Shown: positions 1 through 13,924 of the stretch, piece by piece
Layout of the letters: every line of letters begins with the position of its first letter
How positions within the stretch are numbered: position 1 is the stretch's first letter
NCBI GenBank assembly: GCA_028534125.1
Contig: CM052817.1
Location: 64,296,001 to 64,360,000, forward strand
Origin: Lama glama
Taxonomy: Eukaryota
Reading direction: 5' to 3'
DNA length: 64,000 bases
The notes under the pieces: generated by a model
Databases searched by the model: none
Told to the model about the DNA's origin: nothing
The model's input: only the letters and a program-made list of their open reading frames with translations
Program-made: the position numbers and the translations under genes

Positions 1-1484
1 TCCAGAGATTTACATATTAATCAAGGGTGCAGCTAAAACTACATTACAAGGAATTGAATTTTAACTTTGCAACTGTATGAACAAAGGACTCTTGGGGTTA
101 AATAAACATTGCCTTTAGAAACATTGCACAGGAACCAATCTCCGCTCAGGCTGTGGTCCTTTTTAGATACAGACCTGTGTCCTTGGTTAGTCTATTCCTT
201 TAGTGACCCGCAACACTAATAAAAATCGGGAAATGTAAAATTGCATTACACTGACTTATTTTATTTGAATAAAATATGCAATCCCATATTCACTCCGTAT
301 TCATACCCTTTGCAACAGATAATATTATCGACTGATAGAAGGGGTGTCCTCCCAGAGTAAATTTGGAAATTAGCTGTTTAAGGCAAGTCCATGCCAGGCA
401 AAAACCCGATTGACATTTGGACCTAAAAGATATTTTCTTTTGCTTTACATGAAAACTAGGAAATTGGTTCCAGTTACATTAGAAAACTGAATCACACTGG
501 GAAAAGTAATAAAAATCATTGCGAGCATTAGCCACAGTCAGCCACACAGGCTGGTATTTGTGCCTGGTACTTGACATATGTTATTCCAAAGGTATTATTA
601 TCCCCATTTTACGGACAAAGGGCCAGAAGTGCCGAAGCTCCCAATCTTGCCTCTGGTGACACAGAATTGAAATGTACTTTATTTTTTTTTTTAAACCACA
701 CTACTACAATTGCCTCCACCAGACTAAGCCTTCAGAGACCTGATATGGGAATTTTTAGAATGTTATTGCTAAGTACAGTTGCAACTGCTGCATGATGATG
801 AGAAAAGAAAGTCAGAAATGAAAGATGGTGATCTCCCAGCGGAAAATATACTTAATACTCAGTTAATAAGTAACATGTTATTACTAAGAGTTCTACAAGA
901 AGTTATTTGATTTAGTTTTGTTAGTGGTGTTGGGGAGGTATGAGAATTTTAGATATGGGGAGTCATTTTCATGTTGTTTCAGACACGGGAAGTAATAAAA
1001 CAGCCAAGGTGTTCCAAAACACCGTTTCCCCACAGTTCATAAGAAAAAGTCCTCCCAGTGCTCCTGGTTCAGAGACCCAGTTTGATGATGACACTTAGAT
1101 TATAAGAGCAGTAACCACTGCTTATCAGTACTTCACACAGTAGAGCCACAACCATTAACGTATCCATTAATTCTCACCACACGTCCCTGAAGCAAGTATG
1201 AGCATCCCCCTTTTACAGAGGGAAAAACCCCAATGTTACAGAAGTGATGGCAACCGACTTCCAAGAGAGTGTTAGTCATAAATACAAAGGATAAACACTA
1301 CACTAAGACTTTAAATTCCTCGTATATATCAGAGACATGGATGAGCTTAATTTTAGACACAATAACTATGTTCATCCCAAAATAATCATTGAAAATCTGT
1401 AGTATTCCAGAAGGGAAAATATGATTTGAAAGCACTGAAACATACTAATAATGATAACAATAATCGCAGGGGGTGGAGGAGAAA

Positions 1485-1700
1485 TACTAATAACTGTTGA
1501 ACGTGTGCAACGTGCCAGACCTGTTCTAAGCACCTGCTGGGCATTAACTGCCGCCCCTCACAATGAGCTTGTGAGGCAGGTGCTACTACTCTCCTGAGAG
1601 GAAACGGCAGCATGGGAGTAAATCCAGAGTCACCTTGAGAGTTCAGAGCAGGATTTGGAACTAGTCCGGTTCCAAAGTCCATGCTCTTGGCCACAACATT
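1485..1700 (-). mobile_element. MIR SINE remnant
   Basis: MIR-like segments (gtgccagacctgttctaagcac...gaggaaac...gcaggatttggaactag...tccaaagtccatgctctt). Confidence 0.65.
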
Positions 1701-2247
1701 ATACAGTTAAACAAGGCACAACTTGTTTTCACGTTCAACCCAGGATTACCTACGCAAGACTGAATTTACTTCACCAAGGAGAGGAAACAAAAATCCCTAA
1801 TGCTTTGCACTGAACCGTGTTCCACTGCTCCCTCTGTCACGGGTCCCTTGGACCTCTGGTACAATAAAATGCCAAGCCATATCTGGTCCATTCCGGCTCT
1901 AAAACACTCATTCATATCTCAAATACTCATTCACATCTTTAATGGCTTCATCCAACCTACTACTCCCCGAATCCAATTTTCTCTTGAATACATTTAATAG
2001 CTTCTTTGTGAATGAATCCTATTAGCACCATTTATTCATTCCTTCTGAAACCACATGTTAGGAGGCAGGAAAATAGCATGTTAGAGTGTTATGTTTATTT
2101 CATAAAATACATATCTTCTCTTTAAAAAATAATAGCCTTGTCTAGTTAGATCTTTACATACTAGATAAGTCATAAAAGGAAATTTATACTACCACATATA
2201 ATTTTTTGAGTAATATGTTTATAAGAAATAAATCAATAAGGGTGGAA

Positions 2248-3010
2248 ATAGACTTACCATATGATCCAGCAATCCCGCTTTTGGGCATATGTCCAGAGAA
2301 AACTCTAATTTGAAAAGATACATGCACCCCAATGTTTGTAGCAGCAATATTTATAATAGGCAACACATGGAAACAACCTAAATGCCCATCAACAGATGAC
2401 TGAATGAAGATGTGGCATATATACACAATGGAATACTACTCAGCCATAAAAAAGAACGAAATAGGGAGAGGCTATAGCTCAAGTGGTAGAGCGCATGCTT
2501 AGCATACACAAGGTCCTGGGTTCAACCCCCAGTACTTCCTCTAAAAATAAATAAGTAAACCTAATTATCCCTCCTCACCCAAAAAATTTTTTAAAAGAAT
2601 GAAATAATGCCATTTGCAGCAACATAGCAAATGGATGGACCTAGAGATTATCATACTAAGTGAAGTCAGTCAGAGAAAGACAAATACCATATGGTATCAT
2701 TTATATGTGAAATCTAAAACAAATGATACAAATTATATTTACAAACCAAACAGACTAATGGACACAGAAAAACTATGATTACCAAAGGGGAAAGGATAAA
2801 TTAGGAGTTGGGGATTAACAGACACATACTACTATATATAAAATAAACAAGGACCTACTATGTAGCCAGGGAACTATATTCAATTTCTTGTAATAACTTA
2901 TAATGGAAAAGAATCTGAAAAAAAAATATATGTATGCATAACTGAATTGCTTTGCTGTACACCTGAAACTAACACTGTAAATCAATGACACTTCAATAAA
3001 AAATTTTAAA
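2248..3010 (+). mobile_element. 5'-truncated L1 (ORF2 C-terminus plus 3'UTR), interrupted by a SINE
   Basis: Typical L1 3' sequence (ttaccatatgatccagcaatccc...gaatactactcagccataaaaaagaa...ctgtacacctgaaactaaca) with an A-rich tail and a diverged flanking repeat aaatca..gtggaaa. Confidence 0.92.
2464..2592 (+). mobile_element. tRNA-Ala-derived SINE (Vic-1-like) nested in L1
   Basis: Body tagctcaagtggtagagcgcatgcttagc...ggttcaaccccc with A and B boxes. TSD aaaagaa(c/t)gaaata at 2450-2463 and 2593-2606. Confidence 0.92.
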
Positions 3011-3239
3011 AATCATAGAGTGGAAACACTTCATATCGATAAATATCTCTAAATGACTTTTCATAAACCAATTATTCACTCATTCCAAAATCACTTGTTT
3101 CTCTATCAATCCGTGGTTCAAGGACCATCCACATGAGCATCGCCCGGAGGTGGCTGTGAACACAGGTGAGGCCTAATGAATTTCATTTCTGAGGGCAGAA
3201 TTTTGCATCGCTCACACTGTGCATATGTTTCCCAAAGTC

Positions 3240-3900
3240 TGAGTACCACCATCCCAGCTGTGCAAAGAGCTTATCTCAGCCCCTTAATTGGTCTCCCTGG
3301 TTCTGCCCTTCTATCCCCACACATACATGCTAGTCTCTATACAACAGAGGGTTCCTTTTTAAAGCGTAAGTCAGATCATGCCCACTTCTCTGCTCAAAAC
3401 TCTCCAAAGGCTTCTCATGTCCCTTCATGGCCACAGCTCTGAATGTTCTCCCACTTTGTCCTTTCCTGCCACGTCCCCCTCTCCGTGGTGCCAATCACTG
3501 TGCTGCCTCCTCCCACACCTGGCCCGCCAGAGGCACAGCCTTTGTGGCCATAGGCTCCCCTGCCCGGACTGCTCTCCTGCAGGTATCTCATGGCCTGCAT
3601 CTCATTTCCCTGGGAGTCGTGCTCCAGCATTACCTGGCCACCCTATCAAGAACCACTTTCCTTCCCCCACCACACACACGTACACATTTTCCTGATTTTA
3701 TCCTCTTTAGGACTTACCAGTATCTGAAATAGTTACCAGTTTACAAAATACTTACGTATCTTGTTAGTTGTCTGCTACCCTCACTAAAACGTAAGCTTCA
3801 GAAAAAGCAGGGGTTTTTTTTGCAATCTCTTTTGTTCTTAAATGTATACCACTTGGCACACAGACATCAAAAAGTATTCATTGGATGAATGAATGACTGA
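3240..3900 (+). mobile_element. L2 3' fragment
   Basis: tcagatcatgcccacttctctgctcaaaactctccaa..., ending in the L2-type (tgaa)n tail at ~3885-3898. Confidence 0.7.
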
Positions 3901-4039
3901 CTATCATAAATGCTCAAATAAAGGCACCAGTGGAGTGTTGTAGGACTCTAGAGGACAGACTACCCATTCCTCATGGGAAGAGCCCACCTCCCCTCACAGA
4001 AGCGAACACAAATTGGGTTTTGAAGGAAGAACAGAAAAC

Positions 4040-4340
4040 AGTTTCTTAGAAAAGGAAGGATATTTTACATGGCAACTGGCCTGCAATCTTCAAAAATGTC
4101 AGTGTCACGAAAGACACAAAAAGAATGAGGAAATCTTTCAGATTGAGGGAGACCAGGAAGACGTGACAGCTGGGTGTGGTGTGTGGTTCTAAACTGGATC
4201 CTTCTGCTCTAAAGGGCATTACTGTGGAAACTGGAGAAACCTGGAGGCCATAGATAAAGAAAGGTATAGAGCAGTTCTTCTGTAGTATTCTTGCAACTTT
4301 CCTGTAAGTTTGAAATTGTTTCCAAAGAAGAAAAAGGGGG
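4040..4340 (+). mobile_element. Old L1M (L1MC/ME-like) 3' end fragment
   Basis: aactggcctgcaatcttcaaaaatgtcagtgtc...ttgcaactttcctgtaagtttgaaattgtttccaaa resembles old L1M 3'UTR ends. Confidence 0.6.
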
Positions 4341-4405
4341 CAAGGGGTGCAACTTTCCTGTAAGTTTGAAATTGTTTCCAAAGAAGAAAAAGGGGGCAAG
4401 GGGTG
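4292..4405. repeat. Perfect 56-bp tandem duplication
   Basis: 4292-4347 is identical to 4348-4403, followed by TG. Confidence 0.97.
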
Positions 4406-5772
4406 TCAGAAAACACAAAAGGAATCAGAATTATATGAGTAAATGTAATTCATTAAATAATCTGTGAATTAAATGCCCAATGAATAAAATAGAAGGAAAA
4501 AGGACTATTTCTTTCAAACATTTCTATTCCCTTTGCTCCCCAATTCCTCCAAGAAAAACTTTGGGCCTATGTCATCTTGGCTTAGAGTCAGGCCAAATAT
4601 GGTCATTTTTCTTTAAGTATAACGCAAACCCCCTGGATCACAGTGGAAACACAGCACGCAGCAGGACATTTGTCTGCATAAACTCTGTAGTAAATGACAT
4701 CTCTCTTCTCCCTACAGAGTAAAGCTTGAGCCCCGTGAATTGCTGTAACTCAAAACATACTTTTTACATAAAAATAATGATGGGGTTGAAAACAGAAAAA
4801 GTAAATCTTTGGACTGGATTGCTGTTGTGAGCCAAAGAGAATGATTAAATATAAAATAAGGCGGGTGGAGGAGAAACAGCACTGGGGTATAGAGAAACTG
4901 ACTGACAAAGATTTTTTTTTTTTTTTGAAACTGGAAGTTACAGGCAACATGCCTAGAATCTAGATACCAGTATTAAGGACCAAACTCTCTTCCAAGCATC
5001 TGCAGCTCCGCTGACAGGTCCAATATCATTACAACAAACAGCACAGCCGTAAGAATCTCAGAGCAACCCAAAGCGTGCCTAGCTAATGGCCCCGTAACTC
5101 AGGCAGCGTACAACTGCTCACAGCGTTCCCCATTTTAAACACATTAGAACAACATACAAAAGAAATACACTGACGGTACAAAGAACTCGTCAGAAGTTCC
5201 CTGGTCTTCCATGGTGAGGTATAAGGCCATTTTTAAAATACAGGCAAGAAACAAAATTAGCTTAACATACAACTTCTCAGGGACACAGCTCCGTACTGTA
5301 CAACCAAAACGTCAACAGGCAAGCGAAAGCAGGAGTTTAATGCCACAGCGAGGGTCTAGAGAGAGAGAGAGAGCACCTTCCGAGCTTCCTCCGCTCCTCT
5401 GTATGTGGGGTCCACCATGCTCTCTGGTATTGGCTTGTTTTCATTTAGATTTTCTTCCACAGTGGTGAAATTGAGAAATGGCTTATTTTAAAAATGTGAA
5501 GTTCCAGCTGCTCCTGGAACACGGTTAGATCTGGCAACACAGGCTCATATCCTCTGGCCAAGCATCAGCTGGAGGAAAGCAGCTCTCCTGCACTGGGCGA
5601 AAGCACGGCTGACCCTTTACCACACTCCCCTCCGACCCTCAATGGCTCGTCATCTGCCTGGTCCCTCTAAGCAGAGGGATCTGCAACCCCAGCTTGGAAA
5701 AAATCCAAAACAAGACGAGAGACAACAAAATGCCCAACTTGCGAGGAGGATACCAAAACTGAGCTGTACCTT

Positions 5773-5998
5773 CTTTTTTAATTTAAGTATAGTCAGTTTA
5801 CAATGTTGTGTCAATTTCTGGTGTACAGCATTCGGTCTCAATCATACATATATACACATATATTCCTTCTTTTTCATTATAGGTTACTACAAGATATTGA
5901 ATACCTTTAATATTGCTATCCAGAAGAAACTCGTTATTTATTTTATATACGGTAGTTAGTATCTGCAAATCCTGAACTCCCAATTTATCCCTTCTCAC
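5773..5998 (-). mobile_element. Short L1 3'UTR insertion
   Basis: Reverse complement of the same 3'UTR seen at 36722-37009, with a poly-T start and flanking repeat ctgta(c/t)ctt. Confidence 0.88.
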
Positions 5999-6499
5999 CT
6001 GTATCTTATACATTCTGCTCTAATCAGACTTCAAAGAGAAAGACCACGTTAATAACGTTATGTACAATAAATTACATTCACATTCTTCCAAAGGCATTCT
6101 CACAAGCATCACTGGCACAGGCAAAGTTTATCATTTTCAACTGAAAACACTTTGCTGGGGAAAACAGGAATGCTTTGAAAGTATCTTTGCTTATCAAAAC
6201 GAGCAGCTGTTTGTTTCAGAAACCCTCTGCATCAGTTCAAAACTAATCATCATAGTCGTGTATATTTCACCACGATTTAGAAAATATGAGAAAAAATAAC
6301 CATCATAAACACACATAAACTGTAGTAGAAACAGTTTAATAAGCATAATTGCCCTCAATTGTCAAAATAATGAATATTTTAACTTTTTTCTGAATACTTC
6401 CCAATTTCCTAGTTGCATACCAGATTATACGTAATCAGAACATTTTCAATCCCAGAGGGACTACCTGTGGACACATAACCATGTCCATGGACAAGGCAC

Positions 6500-6615
6500 A
6501 CACTTCCTGTGCCTCAGTGTCCTCATCAGAACAAGGTGAAGAACAGCACGGACACCTTATGGGTTCACTGGGAAGATTAAATGAGTTAACACACAAGCAG
6601 GATTTAGAACAGTAA
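6500..6615 (+). mobile_element. MIR core fragment
   Basis: cttcctgtgcctcagtgtcctcatc...gaagattaaatgagttaacacac...ttagaacagt. Confidence 0.65.
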
Positions 6616-8314
6616 AAGAAACAATCACTATTGCCCAGCCTTGTATTACTTGATACACTGACCTAAATTACTGATAAGTTATGTTCTGTCAGAACCATCT
6701 TCATCTCTGCCTTGGTTTGCAGAGTCAAACACTGTCTTACAGTTTTCTACTCAGAGCACATTCCATTATTATCAATTTAACTGGCTGTCAAATCTCAAAG
6801 TCATTAATAAAAGTAGTGATTTCTCAAATGGTTTATGGTCAACCTCTCTATGAAGTACTTAATAGAAAAGAATTAGCTCTAAACCAGTATCCAAGTGATA
6901 GAGATTTATCAAAACAATCATCAAGTTTGAAGAATAAAATTCCCAGTGCAGTAAAAACGCAGCATTCAAAAAAAAAAAATCAATGCAGGAAAAGATAAGC
7001 ACTACCCCTAAAGGCAGAGCCTGTAAGTGAACGAATGAATGAAAGAATAAATCAATATACAACTGGTGACATGCTGCAGATCACAAACTTCTGCTTTCCC
7101 TAAAAACAAACAAACAAAAAAAAGACACTGCTTGTACTTAAGAGTCAATGCCGAACTATCTTTTCATACTTACGGAGCAAGGTGATAATGACATAGGAAA
7201 ATACTCAACCAGCGTTCCCTCAGTGCTTTCCATATGCACTGATGCATTTGGGCTTAATGTTGATGGGGTGGTCCCTGCCCTCAGTGAGTCTAAAATCTAG
7301 GTGGGAAACAAAACTAACAGAGACAAACCAAGTGGTAGCCCCTGAGTATCCAATCCACTCTAGGAGTTCACAGAGAGGGGCACCCAGGGCACACTGCAAG
7401 TGCCCTCAAAGTGAACGGGATCCAGACAAAGGAGGAAGATGCCAGCGTAACAGCGCCACAGCTGTCTCCATCCACCAGGCTGCATACAGCAAGTGTGTAA
7501 CACGCATTACCCAGGCTGCACCCTGGCAAGCTGGGCAGAGGGGGCGGAGGTTTTGTTGTTGGAAAAAAAAAAATACAGCAAGTGTTGTTCTGCTCAGCAA
7601 ATCCCTAACCCCCCTAAAAACACACAGCAACTCTGCCTCCTGGGAAGCGCTCCCTGACCACTCCTTCCTCAGGCTTACACACCGCTTCCCCTGATGCATT
7701 TCTTTACATGTCTTCCATCCACTGGACTGAGAGCTCCCCAAGTCCAAGAACAATCTGAAACCATCTTGTACTGTGGTCCCAGGCCTGCACACTCAGTAAA
7801 CATCCCTGGAGAGAGTGACAGGGAGGGTCCCTCAGCCAGGGGAAGGGATCCTATCCAGACAGTGAGGCACTGAGGTGGAGCCCACGGATCCCAGTGCCAA
7901 CCTCGCCTGCACATGGCGCTGCTGAGCAGAAGGGAGAGCCTCTGTTCTCAAAGAACTTAGAGTCTGCTTAGGTTACAAAGAGCTGTGAGAAAGCCTCTTA
8001 AGTGCTCTATCCAGAGTCAGTTATTCCCAGGAATGTGAAGACATACTCCTCCCTTTAAAATGAGGGGTAGTGGTTTTTAAAGACCCTGCAGGGCTGAGGG
8101 CTTCAGGACAATGTACAAAGAGCAAACGAGGAAGAGCTCACTGGGTCATACCAAGGGAGGGAATTAACTCGCTCGTAAATCTCAAACGTTCCACGCCCTC
8201 TTCTGCTCACTGGCTGAGAAGGGGCCATCTGGAAGGCTTAGCACGTGAAAGGCATTATCAACGGTTCTGCTGGAGTATTCCTGGTAGGCAGAGAACACAA
8301 GATGCCAGAACTCA

Positions 8315-8318
<4 letters not shown>

Positions 8319-8350
<32 letters not shown>
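8319..8350. repeat. (CA)16 microsatellite
   Basis: Read directly from the sequence. Confidence 0.97.
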
Positions 8351-8352
<2 letters not shown>

Positions 8353-10821
8353 TCATAATTCTGATTACCTCATTTCACCTTCTTTTTCAGCCAATCCAAA
8401 TCCAGCCTGTTGTAGCTATTTAACTATTAGAGGAACCTTGCAAATGCTTTGCTGAATCATCCGATAGGCAAAATCTCCACGAGGCCTCACATCCACATTC
8501 TGATGCTCAGGCCTGAGCTGACTGGACAGGTAAACAGAGACCTCGGCACACAACCGTGAAACTGACAGATGGCGGGAAAGTAAGGCAGGCTGTGTTTAAT
8601 TTCACCGAGCCTATCTTGGACTCTGGTTACATCCCAGGAGGCTGGGGCCTGAGCCCGCATTCCCCATCCCTGGCTCTGACTGGCCGTGCCCGCGTCTATG
8701 AAAGGATCACACCTGCACATGAGCAAAGACAGTGCTCTGTTGTCTGTTTCGTTCTCAGCTCCTCTGCCTGCCTGGGCCTCTGTGCCGGGCCAGCGTGAAG
8801 GAATCCACCTCTTCAGGATTCAGCCCGGCTACTGCCCAGAAGCCTGGTCTGAGAGGGGCTCCTATCTGTTGTTTTTGAGACCTCAGGCTATGGAATCTGA
8901 TGAAAAATTATCTTCAGGCTAGTGTCACAAAAAGCCCCTTTCCCCCAAAGGGACCCTGCAATTTGAAAGTGTCTTGCAAAGTATGTTCTTGCTCTCATCT
9001 CAGAGCTTTCCCTGAGGCAGATGCGCAGCAGCTCCAAGTCAGAGGGATGGAAACTGAGTCTCTGGGGGCCTGGGCCATTACAGACCTTGCAAACCAGGGC
9101 CTTCCTCATGCTGCCTTTTAGATTTTTTTTTTTAATGCAACACTTGGCACTGTCCACATCACCTCTGAGTCCACAGGTGGGCAGGGAAATGGGAGCATAT
9201 ATTATCCCTGTGCCTCCTACCAGTTCCCCCCAAAACACACTGCCTCCAGTGATGGGTTTGCCCTGGACTGAGAGGCAAGGACCACGCTTGCTGGCTCAAC
9301 AAAATGCAACAGCATCCTCAACCCCTTCCCATCGACAATCTACAAGCCTTGGACTGAAGGAAGCACCGACCTGACGCTACCCAGTGTTTACCCTCCACTT
9401 TGTTAACAGTCGTGATGCATCCACTATCATATTCTAAAGTCCCAGGTGCACTGGCAACGTTCTCCCCTCTTCAAAATGTTAACATGCACGTCTGTATGTG
9501 CTGCCAGAGTTTTAAGAACATAAATTATCTTCAGCTAGAATCGAAATTTATCAACAGCTCCCTCCCACCCCCACCCTACGCAGGAGCCTCCTGCTCTGAG
9601 AGCCAGGCAGTGGAACCCTCGACCAGAGTGATTTAACATCCCTGGGCTTTAAGTACAATCACTGTGTATGCTGCAATCCAAGATGAATAATTTCCAAAGT
9701 GAAAGGGGACACTACTCATCATTACATTGAGACTACAGGTGTAAGCTAAAACTGTTGCCCAAGACCAAGACCCATTAAGCACTTGAACGATGCAACCCTG
9801 GGTGCTGAGGTTATCATCAAAGTGGCATTAAAGGGTAGCCCCAACCCTCTTGAAGTTGACTAGTGCAAGATACAATCAAATAATCACCCAAATAAGTAAT
9901 GATGAGCTAACTAATTATGATGGGTGCTCAAAAGTCCTAGTGTTATAAGAGAATATTCCAAGGCTTAACCTGATTTGGGGGGAATCCCACATGCTCTGAG
10001 CAGAGCACATGTCAAGGATGTGAAGTAGGGAGGAATTCCAGAAGGAAAAGTAAGACCAGAGCTGGAGTGGGAGAGGAGGAAGAGAGGAAGGAGGGGATAT
10101 GGCTGAAAGGTGGGCACTGGAGGAGGAAGAGGACAGGGAGGATTTTAGGCAGGATCAAAGGCAGTGGGAAGCCGGGGAGATCACTCAAAGCATTAGAGTC
10201 ATGATCAGACACAGGACAGGACCACTCTAGCCCAGGGTCAACAGGAGACCACAGAGAGGAAAGAGATAGCAGGAGGCCCATGCAGTCAGGAGGATGAGGG
10301 CTCGGACTCGGGCAATGATTGCACAGGTGGACTAACGAGAGCAGATGTGAAAGAAATGGAGATGCAACGTCCAATGACCCCACTGATGGGGAGGAAGCTT
10401 GCCAAGATTCTGGCTCAGCCAGAAAAAAAGGGCCTGAACGTAAGCAGCAAAGCCAGTTCCTTACATTGCCCAGCTCCCAAACTGCCTAACCTTGCCTTGC
10501 CGTCTTGTTCACGCAGCCTCAAAAACCCCACGCAACATAATGTTAAAATGAAACACTTAAAGCTACCCTGCCAGTTTTCCCTCTCCCACAAATCAATGAA
10601 TTTTTCAACAATCTAAACAAGACAAATTCACCTAAACAACTCAATATTCTCAGGGTCTGTCATGACCTCTTCAGTTATGTCACCCAATAATCCAACTGAA
10701 AATGAAGTTAAGAGTTCTGAGGGACACAGGAAGTCTGCCTTCCATCTTCAGGATGGTATTCAAATTGAAAATCCGTTCTAGGAGTGAAAATCTGTAAAAA
10801 AAAAAACCGTATCTAGTCCCA

Positions 10822-11029
10822 TACTAGCTACTATATATAAAATAGGTAAACAACACGTTTTTACTGTATAGCACAGGGAACTATATTCAACATCTTGTAG
10901 TAACCTATAATGAAAAAGAATATGAAAAGGAATATATATATGTCTGACTGAAACATTATGCTGTACACCAGAAACTGACATATTGTAAACTGACTACTTC
11001 AATTTAAAAAATAAATTGAATTTTAAAAA
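10822..11029 (+). mobile_element. Short L1 3'UTR insertion
   Basis: ctactatatataaaatag...gcacagggaactatattcaa...ctgtacaccagaaactgaca with an A-rich tail and flanking repeat tatct(a/g)gtccc. Confidence 0.88.
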
Positions 11030-13523
11030 TATCTGGTCCCCATTTATTTCATTACTTCAATGAACAGAATTAAAGAGGATTGGTGGTCACCCTTTGAGAG
11101 AATCTGATAAATAAATAGAAAGGAATCATTATGGTTACAGTGGCTACACCACCCTGTACCCCTACCCCTAAAGATTAGGCTTGCGTGAATATATCACAAG
11201 CAGAAAACAGAACAGTGCCCAGCCTCTCCTGCATGCCAAGAATCCCCACGCACATAAGTAAAAATGATCAATCACAGCAAAAATTACAACTTATATCATA
11301 CCCTCTAGTTTGCAAAGCTCTACTTTCGGTGACCTTGAAAGCACAAGCAGGCAAATGTGCACTTGACTATCAAGATTTGTCACAAGGGCCCTACATGAGC
11401 CAACAAAGGAAAACTGTCTTGGACCAAAGTCTGGATTACAGTATATAAAGTTTCTCTACCTGAGAGTGCCATGATCCAGATTTCAAATATTCAAGTATCA
11501 TCAACTGACACACACATATATGACTTTTTTTTGCCTTATTAAGTGTACTCTTTAAAATAAAATAATTCATTACAGTTTAATTTGTATGCCATTATAAAAT
11601 GTTTGTTACAAAAGTCCATAAGTAGGGGGAAAAAAATCTGTAGACATTTTGTCCCAAGTTGAATTTTTAAAAGTAGATAGCCACCCCTCTCTTATCTTAC
11701 CAGACATACCCCCACCTCACTCAAAAAGGCCCTAGGACACAAAGGAGGGGTCTGTGGTTCTGGAAGGAGAGAGATTCTCCTGGATACGCAAAACTGCATC
11801 AGAGGTGAGTCTCTATGGTGAAGAGCTGAACGGAGGTGGAGAGAATTAAGGGAATAAAAGGATTATAAACCCATCGGGAGGGGGTGGGAGAAGAGACAAA
11901 AGATAGCCAATCTTTGGAAAGCCCTCTAGGTTTGAGCTCAGATGGGTCACAGAAGTCAGGACCACACACTGCTGAGGACTCGCTCCACAGCCAGCCTCTC
12001 CACGCTTTCGGGGAAGAGGTGAGAAAAGGCAGGAGTACAAGCAGAGAGAAAGCCAAGCAAAATAGGCATTTTCCATCCCCCCCAATCTCCACTGTCATCC
12101 CGCCGCTCCCGCACCAGCACATCTTTCCACATCCAAGAAGGGGGAATAAATTAGTTCACATTGGGCTAATGGCTTACAGTTAACTAAGCACTCTCACATT
12201 TTGAGTCATTCACGCATTCAGAACAATTTCTGGAATGCCTTCTAGGACCCAGGCCCTGTCAAGACCTGGAATGAAACCCATTCAGGTCCTGGCCCACAAG
12301 GACCTCAAAGGCCAGTGGAAATGGGCCTCCTAACTGAATCCGCATCCAAGATGACCACTGTGGCAAGTGCCCCAGGGAGGCGCAATCCGCCAACATAATT
12401 CCTACACAAGGCAGAGATTTACTGCCTGATGTCTTTATCTGTCCACCAATGGAAATGGTTCCAAGGGTGGACCGCGCTAGACAGAACCTGATCCATGTGA
12501 TCTGACAGCTGCTAACACTCACAATAGCCAGCCTGTATTTTAACCATTTCAACCCACCTTTGACTTACCATTTAAAAAACAGTGTGCTGTGAATCAAAGA
12601 CCATGAGGTGAAAAACAGGGTGTTAAAAAGGGGAGGGGGGAGAGACAGGCTGGCACTCTGTTGCTAGAACATCCCACAGCCCCCTCTATAGAGGCCAACC
12701 AACCAGCCAGAAGCAAAATCTGTAAGCTCCTTTTCAGTATTGTAGTATATTTTGGTGTATTTCTGATGCTTTTAAAAATATGTCTGTGAAAGAGCTATAA
12801 AGGAATATATGCTGAAGCTCAGAACAGCTAAATGGGGTAGAGCTAAGTGGCGGGGTGGGCTTGCGGGGTAGAGGAAATTCAGCAAAGACTTCCCAGAGGT
12901 TGTAATTCTAGAACCAGCAGCCAACCAGGCCCTGAGAGAAGTGCTTTGCACTCACGGCCTCTGTGCTTTACAACTTTGTATGGCAGACACCATACCTTCG
13001 GGAGAAGGTAGACAGAAATGGCAGCCACAGCACTGAAAGCAGGGGTAAACGCAAAATTAAGGTCAGGAAAGATAAATAAATTCACAATTTGGGGCTCGTT
13101 CCCAAACTCCCATTCCCACAGGGTGACGGGGAGAGAACCCAGTGACACCTCTTACACAGCCGACTGCATCACAGCAGAGGACTCCTGAATTTAGAGATCC
13201 TGACTATTTTATAATAGACCTCACATAGGCCTATTCCTATGGTCGGGGAAAAGAATGCGGATGAGAAGTGAGAAACAGGCAGGGTCCCTACCATGGAGTT
13301 CAGCTTTAATCCTGTCCCAGTTAAAAGCCATTTAAGTATTTAAAGCAGGCAGTATGGCACAATCAGATTTACCACTAGCAAATCCTCCCTGCAGAGAATA
13401 GAGTGTTGGGGAAGGAGTGGGGGTACAACAACACTGCAAGGGAAAAACGGCAATGCCTGAACCAAGGCAGGGTCAGGTGGTGGGGAGGAGGAGGTGAGAA
13501 CACACTGATTAAGGCTGAACAGG

Positions 13524-13924
13524 TGTTACTGCTGACAGCACTGTGCAAGGTCCGCGATTTTAACCTACCTGCAAACTAACCGCGGTTTCACAGCTGCTGG
13601 CAGGACCCACACAATTCCTGGGTCAGAGACGAAGGATAGTTTATTACTCACAGCAAGACAGCAGCCACAGTATCAGCATCTGCACCGGTTCCCTGAGCAA
13701 CAGTTCCCCCTGGACAATGCAAAGACGGCTCACCCAGTGGACTGCATCACAAGAGAGGACCCCTGAACTCAGGTAGCCCAAGTATTTTTCTCATGTGCAT
13801 CTGGCTTCCAAGACTTCTCACTCTACAAACAGCCTTGAAAAGACGGTCCAGAACAAAGGCAGTCAGTACCTCAGCTTGCAAGCAACACAGAAACATGAGA
13901 TTGATGGAGAACTGTTTTCCAACA
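13524..13924 (-). mobile_element. ERVL-type solo LTR (MER54/MER74-group-like)
   Basis: TGTT...AACA termini. The reverse complement begins tgttggaaaacagttctccat...actgactgcctttgttctggacc, as I recall for this LTR group. The subfamily name is uncertain. Confidence 0.65.
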
